Positions 53,171 to 64,000 of a stretch of DNA of 64,000 nt are shown piece by piece (the first letter of the stretch is position 1; each line of letters starts with the position of its first letter). This stretch comes from Hypanus sabinus (lineage: Eukaryota): NCBI RefSeq assembly GCF_030144855.1, contig NC_082729.1, positions 33,790,001 to 33,854,000 on the forward strand, given 5' to 3'. Under the pieces are notes generated by a model. It had not been told where the DNA came from. It did no database searches and was given only the letters and a program-made list of their open reading frames with translations. A program made the translations under genes and the position numbers.

Positions 53171-55790
53171 AGCTGTGCGACTCGCTTCCCAGTTTAATGT
53201 TGATGTTGAAGTGATCTCTGAATCAACTCCTTCGGCCCTCGCTGAGGCGCTGAAGAATTTGGCGTCCTATTCAGCACAGGCAGTGTGGGCCGAATGGCCT
53301 TGTTCCTGTACTGTACACGTTTCAGTTAGTTGTTCAAGGGTGCCGGGAGGAGAGAAGGGGGGTTGGCCGGTGGTGGGGGGGTGGTAGGGTGTCCCATGTG
53401 GAAACCCTGGGGGAGGGAAGGTCTGCAAACCAGCTTCTCCACCCCACCCGAGACTCACCTCACGCGGAAAGGATTGCCGCAAACGCGAGTGTTTGTGTGT
53501 GTGCGCGCGTACGTGGAGAGAGAGCAGGGACGGGCTGAGAGTGGAAGGAGATTAGCGTGGCCCAAGGTCACATTCCTTGCCCTTATTGGGAAGGCTCTGC
53601 CTCTGCCGATTACAGGCCAAAACTCAGCCTGGCTTCCCCGGAGAGGGTAGGTCTGCTTAAAGGGACGGCGGGCAGTGTTGGGGGATGGAGGGGTCTCACC
53701 TATACAGCACTGGCCAGAGCATGCTTGGAACATCATGGGCAATTCTGGGCCCTGTATCCACGGATAGGCCTGCTAGTCTTGGAGAGGTTCCAGAGAAGGT
53801 TTATGATTACCCAGGCTGAAAATTAAAGGCTTAACATATGGGGAGCATTTGACATCTCTTGGCCCGTACTCGATGGAATTCAGAAGGATTGGGGTAGGGA
53901 TCTCATTGAAATGTCCCAGATACTGAAGGGCCTGGATAGAGTGCACATGGAGAGGATGTTTCCTATAGCGGGGACCAGAGGGCACTGCCTCAGAATAAAA
54001 GTATATCCCTTTAGAACGAAGACGAAGAATTTCTTTAGCCAGAGGTTAGTGAATCTGTGGAATTTGTTGCTATGGGCGGTTGTGGAGGCTTCGTCACTGC
54101 GCGTATTTAAGGCAGAGCTTGACAGATGATCAGGCCATGAAGCCTAACTCCTAGGCCTGGGTCAGGTTATTTCCAGGCCCTGATGTCCAGGTTGGACCTC
54201 GTGTCACTGAAGACCATAAGATACAGGAGCAGAATTAGGCCATTCAGCTCATCAGATCTACACTCTACATACTATCATGTTGATTATTTTCCTCAACCCC
54301 CATTCTCCTGCTTTCTCCATGAAGCCCTTACCCCCTTCGACAATAAGAACCTTAGTAAACCTTAGTCTGCAGTAAACACATCCCCTCCCTCCCCTTCTCT
54401 TTTTCTCTCCCTTCCCCCTTCCTCTCAGCTCTCTCCCTCCACCCCACTCTCCTCACACCACCTCCCATCCCTCCTCACCCTCTCCCCTCCTTCCCCTTCC
54501 CTTTGCACTCCGTCTCACTTTCCCCTTTCTTTCCTCCCAGTTCCTTAACCCTCTCCTCCCTCCTACCTATCAAACTCCCCTCACACCCCTCCCTTCTTTT
54601 CTCCCTGTCCATCCCCTCCCCCTCCCCTCCCCATCACCTTACCCCCTCCTCTCCCCTCAACCTCCCCGCCTCCCCTCCGTTCCTGCCTCCCTCCCCTCCC
54701 CTCCCCCAGCTCTTACTGCTCTTCCCCCTCCTCCTCCTCCCTCCCCACTTACTCTCTTCCTTCTTTTCTCACATCCCTCCCTTCTTTTCTCCCTCTCCAT
54801 CCCCTCCCCACTCCTCTCCCTTCAGCCTCCCCTCCGTTCCTGCCTCCCTCCCCTCCCCCAGCTCTTACTGCTCTTCCCCCTCCTCTCCCCTCCCCCAGGC
54901 CGTTGCGGGGCCGGGCTCCACCTTTAACCTGCCCGATGAGGAATGCTCGGAATCCAGGCCACAGCTCCAGGAAGTCTCGGCGCTGCTGGCTGGAGGGACG
55001 GGGCGGGGAGTGGGGGCCGGAACAGGTCGCTCTGCGCTCCAGACCCCACAGAGTTGGGGGCTGAGTTCAGAGGTGGAGGTGAGAGAGAGGGAAGGAGAAC
55101 GAAAGACACGGGGTGGGGAAGAAATAGTTTGGGAAGCGGAGAGAGGGAAAGAGAATACGAGGGGAAGGAGTGAGAGAAAGAGGGAAGAAGAGAGGGAAGG
55201 AAGGAGAGACGGGGGGAAGAGTTTGGGAAGCGGAGAGAGGGAAGGAAGGGGGAGGGAAACAGGACAGAGTGAGGGGGGAGGGGGGAGGAAAGGTGAAGGG
55301 GACTTGGCGGACGGGGTGGGTTTGCTGGAGTCGCTCCCTCCCCGTCCGGGACAGGTTGGACTCCTCCCCGGCGCCGGCCCGCGGGACGGGACTGGATCCT
55401 CCCTCCACCCCCGACACCTGCCCGCCTACAGTCCCGGAGCCGAGCCGATCGGAGCCGCTTTAGTTCGAGCACCGCGGAGAGGTGAAGCTGGGAAAGGGAA
55501 CGGGGAGCGGGGCACGGTTCAGTGCGGCCCGGGATGAACCGGAGGGGGGAGGGAGAGGGGAGAGAGTTTGGGAGGGAGGGACAGAGAGATCGGGGAGGGG
55601 GGTAGGTTCTAATGTGAAAGAGGGAGGAATGCAGGGATGGAGCGAGTGTGAAAGAGACAGAGAGAAAGTGTGTATGGTAGAAGGAGGAAGAGTGTGAAAG
55701 AGAAGATGAGCGGGGGAATGGGAGAGTGTATGGTGGAGAGTAAGCGAAAACGGGAGAGAAACGGAACGAGTGTGTGCCGGGTGGAAGGAA

Positions 55791-56950
55791 GACTGTATCC
55801 CCACTGACGTTCATCCGGCTCCCTCACACTCACTAAGTGACCCCACTCCCCCACACCCTGTGTCACTGACTGTATCCCCACTGACGTTCATCCAGCTCCC
55901 TCACACCGTCCCTCAGTGACCCCTCTCCCCCACACCCTGTGTCACTGACTGTATCCCCACTGACGTTCATCCAGCTCCCTCACACCGTCCCTCAGTGACC
56001 CCTCTTCCCCACACCCTGTGTCACTGACTGTATCCCCACTGACGTTCATCCAGCTCCCTCACACCGTCCCTCAGTGACCCCTCTCCCCCACACCCTGTGT
56101 CACTGACTGTATCCCCACTGACGTTCATCCAGCTCCCTCACACCGTCTCTCAGTGACCCCTCTCTCCCACACCCTGTGTCACTGACTGTATCCCCCACTG
56201 ACGTTCATCCAGCTCCCTCACACCGTCCCTCAGTGACCCCTCTTCCCCACACCCTGTGTCACTGACTGTATCCCCACTGACGTTCATCCAGCTCCCTCAC
56301 ACCGTCCCTCAGTGACCCCTTTCTCCCACACCCTGTGTCACTGACTGTATCCCCACTGACGTTCATCCAGCTCCCTCACACCGTCCCTCAGTGACCCCTC
56401 TCCCCCACACCCTGTGTCACTGACTGTATCCCCACTGACGTTCATCCAGCTCCCTCACACAGTCCCTCAGTGACCCCTCTCCCCCACACCCTGTGTCACT
56501 GACTATATCCCCACTGACGTTCATCCAGCTCCCTCACACCCTCTAAGTGACCCCACTCCCCCACACCCTGTGTCACTGACTATATCCCCTCTGACGTTCA
56601 TCCAGCTCCCTCACATCGTCCCTCAGTGACCCCTCTCCCCCACACCCTGTGTCACTGACTATATCCCCACTGACATTCATCCAGCTCCCTCACACCCTCT
56701 AAGTGACCCCACTCCCCCACACCCTGTGTCACTGATTATATCCCCTCTGACGTTCATCCAGCTCCCTCACACTCTCTGTGACCCCTCTCCCCCACAACCT
56801 GTGTCACTGACTGTATCCCCACTAACGTTAATCCGGTTCTCTCACACTGTCCCTCAGTGACCCCTCAACCCCAGTGCCCTGTGTCACTGACTGTAACTCC
56901 ACTGACGTTAATTCAGCTCCGTCACACCACTCCTCAGTGACCCCTCTTCC
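55791..56950. repeat. 79-bp minisatellite, ~14-15 copies
   Basis: Unit gactgtatccccactgacgttcatccagctccctcacaccgtccctcagtgacccctctcccccacaccctgtgtcact; copies diverge towards the edges. Confidence 0.96.
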
Positions 56951-59539
56951 CCAACGCCCCATGTCCCCACACTCACCAGTGACAGCCATCACTTTCTCCC
57001 CAAACATGTTATACTGTGAGTCGGGGGTTGGATCTGTGGATTGTCACTGATCCATGTTGTGGGATGGGAGGCCGGTTTTCTCTGGTCTGTTTCCCAAGGC
57101 CCATAACCGGTCGCATAGCAACGGCCTTGGGTCAGACGCACATCCCCTTCCTGCTCTCTATCCTGTGCAGGTGTTGGGAAGTTCTGGCTGGGACGTTCCA
57201 GCTAAACTCTGGCGAACAGCCCGCGGATTCCTGGTATTCTGTCTGTGCTTGGGGCCGCCCCTGCCCCTGCTCTCAGTTCGGGATCTGTCCGAGCCGCCTC
57301 CTCCAATGAGCACAGGCTGACATTCCCAGGAAAACCAGCTTCCCTCTTGGCCACTGGGGCAGTGGATTCCTGATTTTGGTTGAGGGATAATTCTTTTCCC
57401 TTTTGCTTGGTTGCTCCGGTTCCCTTCACATGTCCCAACGAACGTATGGGGTCAAAAGGTGAATCTTCTCCACCTCTACCTGTGTGTGTGAGCAGAGAGG
57501 GAGAGAATCTTGCGGGGAGTTAACGGGATTGTGGCAGGAAAAAGGGAAGTGAAGGTGTATTGCATGCTTGCCGAAATGTGGATAGGATGTTTCCGATAGT
57601 GGGAGAGTCTGGGACCAGAGGGCACAGTTTCGGAATAGAAGGGCGTCCCTTTAGAACAGAGATGAGGAGGAATTTCTTTAGCCAGAGGACGTTCAATTTA
57701 TTGCCATAGAGGCCGTGTCATTGGGTCATTTAAAGTGGATATTGATAGGTTCTTGATTAGTAAGGGCGTGAAAAGTTACAAGGAGAATGTGGTTGAGAGG
57801 GATAGTAAATCAGTCATGATTGAATGGGCTAAATGGCCTAATTTGCTCCATTACACAGTACAATGAGGAATTTATTGATTGAGATACAGTGTTTAACAGA
57901 CCCTTCCAGCCCTTTAAGCCCTGATTTAACTCTAGCCTAATTATGGGACAATATACAATGGCTAATTAACCTACCAACCAGTACCCTTTGCACTATGGGA
58001 GGAAACCAGAGCACCTGGGAAAATCCCAGACGGTCAAGGGGAGAATGTACAAACTCCTCACAGGCAGAATGGGAACCAGGTTTGGTATCACTGGCATGTG
58101 TTCTGAAATTTGTTGTTATGTGGCTGCAGTACATTGCGATACATAAAATCTGTGAATTACGGTAAGAATCATTTTAAAAAGTTAAATAAGTAGTCCAAAA
58201 AGGGGAAGAAAACGGTAGTGAGGTAGTGTTCATGGGTTCAATGTCCATTCAGAAATTGGATGGCAGAGGGGAAGAAGCTGTTTCTGAATCTTTGAGTGTG
58301 CGTCTTCAGGCATCTGTACCTCCTTGCTAATGGTAGCAATGATGAGAGGGCATGTCCTGGGTGATGGGGGGGGGGTCTTTAATGATGGATGTCACCTTTC
58401 TGAGGCATCGTCCCTTGAAGAATGTCCTGGATGCTGGTGCCCATAGTGGAGCTGACTGAGTTCACAATTTTCTGCAGCTTATTTTGATGCTGTAGAAATT
58501 TGCGAGCATCTTTGGTGACAGACCAGACCTCCTCAAACTTTTAATCAAATACAACCATTGTCATGCCTTCTGTGTCACTGCATCGATCTGTTGAACCCGG
58601 GATCAATCCTCAGAGATACTGACATCCAGGAACTTGAAATTGCTCACTCTTTCCACTTCTGATCCCTCGATGAGGAGCAGTGTGTGTTTCCTTGTCTTGC
58701 CCTTTGTGAAGTCCACAATCAGTTCCTTGGTCTTACTGACATTGAGTGACAGTGGCAAGAATTGAACCCTGATCTCTGGTACTGTAAAGCCTCATGCTAG
58801 ACACTATGCTACTATGCCACCCCAGGGAAAACGGTAACAATGTACTGTGCTATAATGTTTCTGCCTGCTGGGGAAGGAGAGAATGTTCTTGGTGGCGAGC
58901 CTTTATGCTGGTTGCTTTATATTCCAAGGGTGTGGGGGCTTTGGAGAGCTTTGAAGAAATTCATCAAGATGCAGACCGAATTAGAGGCTGTGACCTATAA
59001 GGAGAGGTTGGACTAACAGGTTGTTTTCTCTGGAGCTTCAGAGGCTGAGAAGAGACTGTACAGAGGTTTAGAAAATTATGTGAGGTGTAGATAGAGTATC
59101 ACACACAAAATACTGGTGGAACACAGCAGGCCAGCAGAATCTATAGGGAGAAGCACTGTTGAAAGGGGGTGCTCCCCTCCCCCCCTTTTTTCTCCCTAGG
59201 CCTCCCGTCCCATGATCCTTTCCCTTCTCCAGCTCTGTATCCCTTTTGCCAATCACCTTTCCAGCTCTTAGCTTCACCCCACCCCCTCCGGTCTTCTCCT
59301 ATCATTTCGCATTTTCCCCTCCCCCTCCTACTTTCAAATCTCTTACTATCTTTCCTTTCAGTTAGTCCTGACGAAGGGTCTCGGCCCGAAACATCGACAG
59401 TGCTCCTTCCTAAAGATGCTGCCTGGCCTGTTGCGTTCCACCGGCATTTTATGTGTGTTGCTTGAATTTCCAGCATCTGCAGATTTCCTCGTGTATGGAG
59501 ATGGAGTAGACAGCTTTTTGTCTCCAGGGTGGAAATAGT

Positions 59540-61620
59540 CACCGAGACCCAGAGTACAGTGCATAATGCTCTGTGGCCCATCTAGTTCACGCTGAACCAT
59601 TTAGACAGCCTACTCCCATCAGTCTGCACCCGGACCATAGTCTGACCATCCACATACCTGTCCAAACTTCTCTTAAAAGTTGAAATCGAGCTCGTATGCA
59701 CCACTTGTTCTGGCAGCTCGTCCCACACTCGCATGACCCTCTGAGTGAAGAAGTTCCTCCTCATGCTCCCCTTAAACCACTCACCTTTCACCCTTCACCC
59801 ATGACCTCTAGTTGCTGTCCCACCCAAACTCAGTGAGAAAAGCCTGACTGCATTTACCTGATCTGTACCCCTCATGATTTTGTACACCTCTATCAAAACT
59901 TCTCTCCATCTTCCACTTTCCAAGGAATAAACCTGTTCGATCTTTCCTCGTAACTCAGGTCCTCCAGTCAACACCCTTGTAAATTTTCTCTCTGCTATTT
60001 CAATCTTATTTACACCTTTCCTGTCGGTTGGTGACCAAAGTTGCACACAGTACTCCAAATTAGGCCTCAGCAATGTCTGATACAACTTCAAGTTTACATC
60101 CCGTCTGCTGTATTCAGTGCTTTGAGTTGTGAACGCAAATGTGCCAAAAGCTTTCTTTACAACCCGACCTACCCGAGTTGCCACTTCCAGTGAATTACGG
60201 ACCTGTATGCCCAGTTCCCTTTGCCCTGTAAGACTTGCCCTCTGCAAGCCATGACTGTCTTACTGTCTACTACACTTCCAAACTTGGTGTCATCTGCAAA
60301 TCTGCTGATCCGGTTAACCATATTATTATCCAGTCACTTTTATAGACACTGTTTAGTCTCCTGCGCAAAGAAAAAATTTAAATCTTCCTCCATCTCTTTT
60401 GTGTCCACACATTCTGATCTTCCAGAGGACCAATTTTGTCCCTTACAGTCCTTTTGGTCTGAACATAGCTGTAGAATACTTTAGGATTCTCATCCATCTT
60501 GTCTGCTAGGGTAACATCATGTCTTCTTTTAGTCCTCCTGATTTCTTTTGTAAGTCTTCATTTGCATTTCTTGTACTCCATAAGTACTTCATTGGTTCCA
60601 ACTTGTCTATACCTACTGAGCACCTCCATTTTATTTTCTTAACCAGGGTCTGAGTGTTTCTTGAAAACCAAGATTCCCTGCAGTTGGTATCTTTTCCTTT
60701 TATTCTCACAGGCAAATACAAACTATGTACTCTCAAAATTTCACTTTTGAAGGCCTCCCACTTAGCATGTACACCTTTGACAGAAATCACTCTGTCCCAA
60801 TCCACACTTGTCAGATCATGTCGGATACCATCAAAATTGGCCTTTTTCCAAAGTAGAATCCCAACTCGCAGACCAGACCTGTCTCTTTGCATATTTACTT
60901 TGAAACTTTGATCACTTTGTGATCACTGGATGCAAAGTGTTCCTCTGCACAAACATCTGCCACCTGCCCTGTCTCGTTCCCTAACAGCAGATCCTGTATC
61001 ACACACTGTCACTGAGACTACTATGTACTGATGAAGGAAACTTTCCTGAACAAATTTGACAAACTCTGTCCCACCTAATCCTTTTACAGTATGGGAGTCC
61101 CAGTCAATATGTGGAAAGTTTAAAATTAACTACTATAATCTCTGATCTCTCTACAAATCTGTTCTAATTCCCGCGGACCATTTGGTGGCCCCGTTAACGT
61201 GGTCATACTTTTCATATTCGTCAGTTCCACCCGTAAAGCCTGACGAGATCCGTTCTCCAGTCTGTCCTGACTGAGCACGGTTGTGACCTCTTCCCTGACT
61301 AGGAACGTGCCCCTCCCCCCACAATCCCTCCTGTTCTGTTGTGTCCAAAACAACAGAACCGCAGAATTTTGAGCTGCCAGTCTTGCCCTTCCTGCAACCA
61401 AGTCTCACTAATGGCTGTAATATCATAATTTCCGGTGTTATTCATGCCCTGAGCTCATCTGTCTTTCCTACGATACTTCTTGCATTGAAATGTAGGCAGC
61501 TCAGGACTCCATGCTCAATCTTTTGACTCTTGACTTTGGCTGAAGTCTTGCCAATGTCTGCCTCCACATCCTCTCCACTAACTGTTCTAGCACTCTAGAT
61601 CCCATCCCCCAGCCACTCCA
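59540..61620 (-). mobile_element. Degenerate CR1 LINE ORF2 with internal deletions
   Basis: KKANFDGIRHDL..DW, FADD, LLRPNLEYCVQLWSP, FFTQRVMRVWDELP motifs. Confidence 0.88.
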
Positions 61621-64000
61621 GTTTACCCCACCAGGTGCAAATTTTGACAGATGCTGGAAATCCAAACCTCTTCAAACTACCAATGAAATATAGCTGCTGT
61701 TGTGCCTATTTTGTCCACGATAGATCCTCAGAGACGTTGACACCCAAGAACTTGTAATTGCTCATTCTCTCCACTTCTGATCTGTTGACGAGGACTGGTG
61801 TGTGTTCCCTCATCTTACTCTTTCTCAATCCTCAATCCTCAATCAGTTCCTTGGTTTTGCTGACGTTGAGTGACAGTGGCGGGAATTGAACCCTGATTGT
61901 GCTCCGGTACCGTAAAGCATTCTGTTAACCGCCACGCTACCTTGGCATCTCAGATGAAACAGTACATTCAAGTTTCTGCCCTCTGGGGGAGGAGAGAATG
62001 CCCAGGGTGAGTGTGTCTTTAATTCTTGATCTGCATTAGTTTCCGGGAAGGGTGTGGGGGCTTTGGAGAGGGTGCAGAAGTTCACCAGGATGCTGCCTGG
62101 ACTAGAGAGCATAATATAAGGAGCGATTGGACAAACTTGGGTTATTTTCTGTGGAGTGTTTGAGGCTGAGGAGAGACTTGAGAGAGGTTTATAAAATTAC
62201 ATGAGGTGTAGGTAGAGTAGAGAGCGGTATTTCCCCCCCAGGGTTGAAATGTCTTAATACCTGAGGGCATTTACCTACTGACTGATTGATTAAGATACAA
62301 TACTTCCAGCCTTTCGAGCTGTGAAATCCAGCAATCAGACAGACAGACATACTTTATTGATCCCGAGGGAAATTGGGTTTCGTTACAGCCGCATCAACCA
62401 ACCCAGTCCCCTGATTTAATCCTAGCCTGATCACGGGACAATTTACAAAGACCAATTAACCTACCAAATGGTACATCTTTGGACTGTGGGAGGTATCTGA
62501 ATCACCCGGAAGAAACCCATGTGGTCAGGTGGAGAACATACAAGCAGTGGTGGGGATTGAACCTGGGTCGCCTATAATGTAAAGGCTGATATATAATTCT
62601 GCGTCAAGTGAACGCTGTAGGTACGGCTTAGCCGCGTAACCTATGCTGTACCGTACGCCCTTGTTCAACATTTATTAGCTCCAACTCCAACATGATGCGC
62701 TCAGTCGCCATTAGAAACCCCACCGCCAACTAGCGTTTTGGCGGTGAATTGCAGAGCGACGCAGACACACCAACGCACAGGTGTAAGTGCTCACTGCGAC
62801 GTAGGCTACTATGCAGAAGTCTTAAAGCTTTGTGCTAACTGCTGCACTATGATCTGAGATGTGTGTGGCAAGTTTTTTGCATATAACACAGTAGAGGGTG
62901 CCTGGAATGGCCTTCCAGGGCTGGAGGTGGATGCAGATATGATAGAGTTGTTTGAGAAGCAGGGAATGGGGGGAGGTGGAGATTGTGTAGGCAGCAAGAG
63001 ACTGATTTAGTTAAACATTTAATTACTAGTTTCGTAAGTTCGACACAATGTGGTACACCGAATGATTGAGGAAATCCTGTTCTGTGCATTTCCATGTTTT
63101 GTTTCCAGTGAATTGAGATCAGTGCTGATTGGTGGTTGGTAGCACAGATGAGATGGACCAAAGGGACTGGGGTTAATCTCTCACCTGCTCTTCCTGTCCT
63201 ACTCTCAGGGCAGGCTCTTGGGAGGGGGGCAGAGGGGAGACGAATCTGTCTCAGTGGCTATGTCATAACTCCTCATTCAGCGGAGGTGTCCGATGAGGGG
63301 AAAACTGCCACAGATTCTCAGCAGGTCAGGCAGCATCTGGTGGGAGGGAACTGGAGTTAACGATTCAGGTTGAAATTGATTCAGGTTTATTGTTGTTTTG
63401 TGGAAGCTGTTCCGTGCAAAGACATAAAATTACTCTGTTTTAAAAGAGAGAACTGTACATTGACTGGCTGCATTCAATGCTCCTTGAATGGAAAATCCTG
63501 CAAAAAGTGGTGGATACAGCCCACTGCATCATGGGTAAAGCCCTGCCTACCATTGAGCACCTCTACGTGAGACGCTGTCGCAAGAAAGTAGCATCCATTA
63601 TCAGGGACTCCTACCAACCAGTTCTTGTTCTCCTCTCGCTGCTGTCATCAGGAAGAAAGTACACAACCCTGAGGACTCGGACCACCGGGTTTATGAACCG
63701 TTACAACCCCTCAAACATCAGGAAGGAGGTGCAGGAGCCTCAGGACTCATACCATCAGGTTCAGGACCACTTACTACCCCTCAACCATCAGGCTCTTGAA
63801 CCAAAGGGGATAACTTCACTCAACTTCACTTGCTCCATTATTGAAATGTTCCCACAACCTATGGACCCACTTTCAAGGACCTTTCATCTCACATTCTCGA
63901 TATTTATGGCTTAATTTTTTATTATTATTATTTATTTTTGTATTTACAGTTTGTTGTCTTCTGCACTCTGGTTGAATGCCCAAATTGGCCTGGTATTTCA

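Noticed and set aside
54503-55814. Long ORFs of 344 aa (+) and 296 aa (-)
   Set aside because: Mostly low-complexity polypurine/polypyrimidine sequence that lacks stops by composition; no recognisable protein
55791-56950. CRISPR-like look of the regular repeats (also 1570-3685)
   Set aside because: No unique spacers, no cas genes, vertebrate context; these are plain tandem repeats

Overview
Eukaryotic (vertebrate) genomic DNA, very rich in repeats. The repeat content (CR1 and Rex1-like LINEs, Penelope pLTRs, tRNA-SINEs, Tc1/mariner) suggests a cartilaginous fish, probably a ray; this is inference. A CpG-island bidirectional promoter at ~5.2-5.9 kb separates the first coding exon of TIMM17B (- strand, MEEYAREPC; the rest lies left of the window) from a complete PQBP1 gene (+ strand). 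PQBP1 has six GT-AG coding exons at 7368-21413 (600 nt, 199 aa), with a WW domain, the YPSPGAVL motif and a much shortened polar-rich domain. On the - strand at 32958-35468 is a Siglec/MAG-like gene with a leader exon and one V-set exon. It has Tyr in place of the essential sialic-acid-binding Arg, and I found no C2 or transmembrane exon. The rest is transposon-derived: a young non-autonomous LTR element (tRNA-Pro PBS, 4-bp TSD) in PQBP1 intron 2, many Penelope pLTR copies with minimal hammerhead-ribozyme motifs, LINE-born minisatellites, DNA transposon relics and several local duplications. Most ORFs in the supplied track are repeat fragments or spurious.
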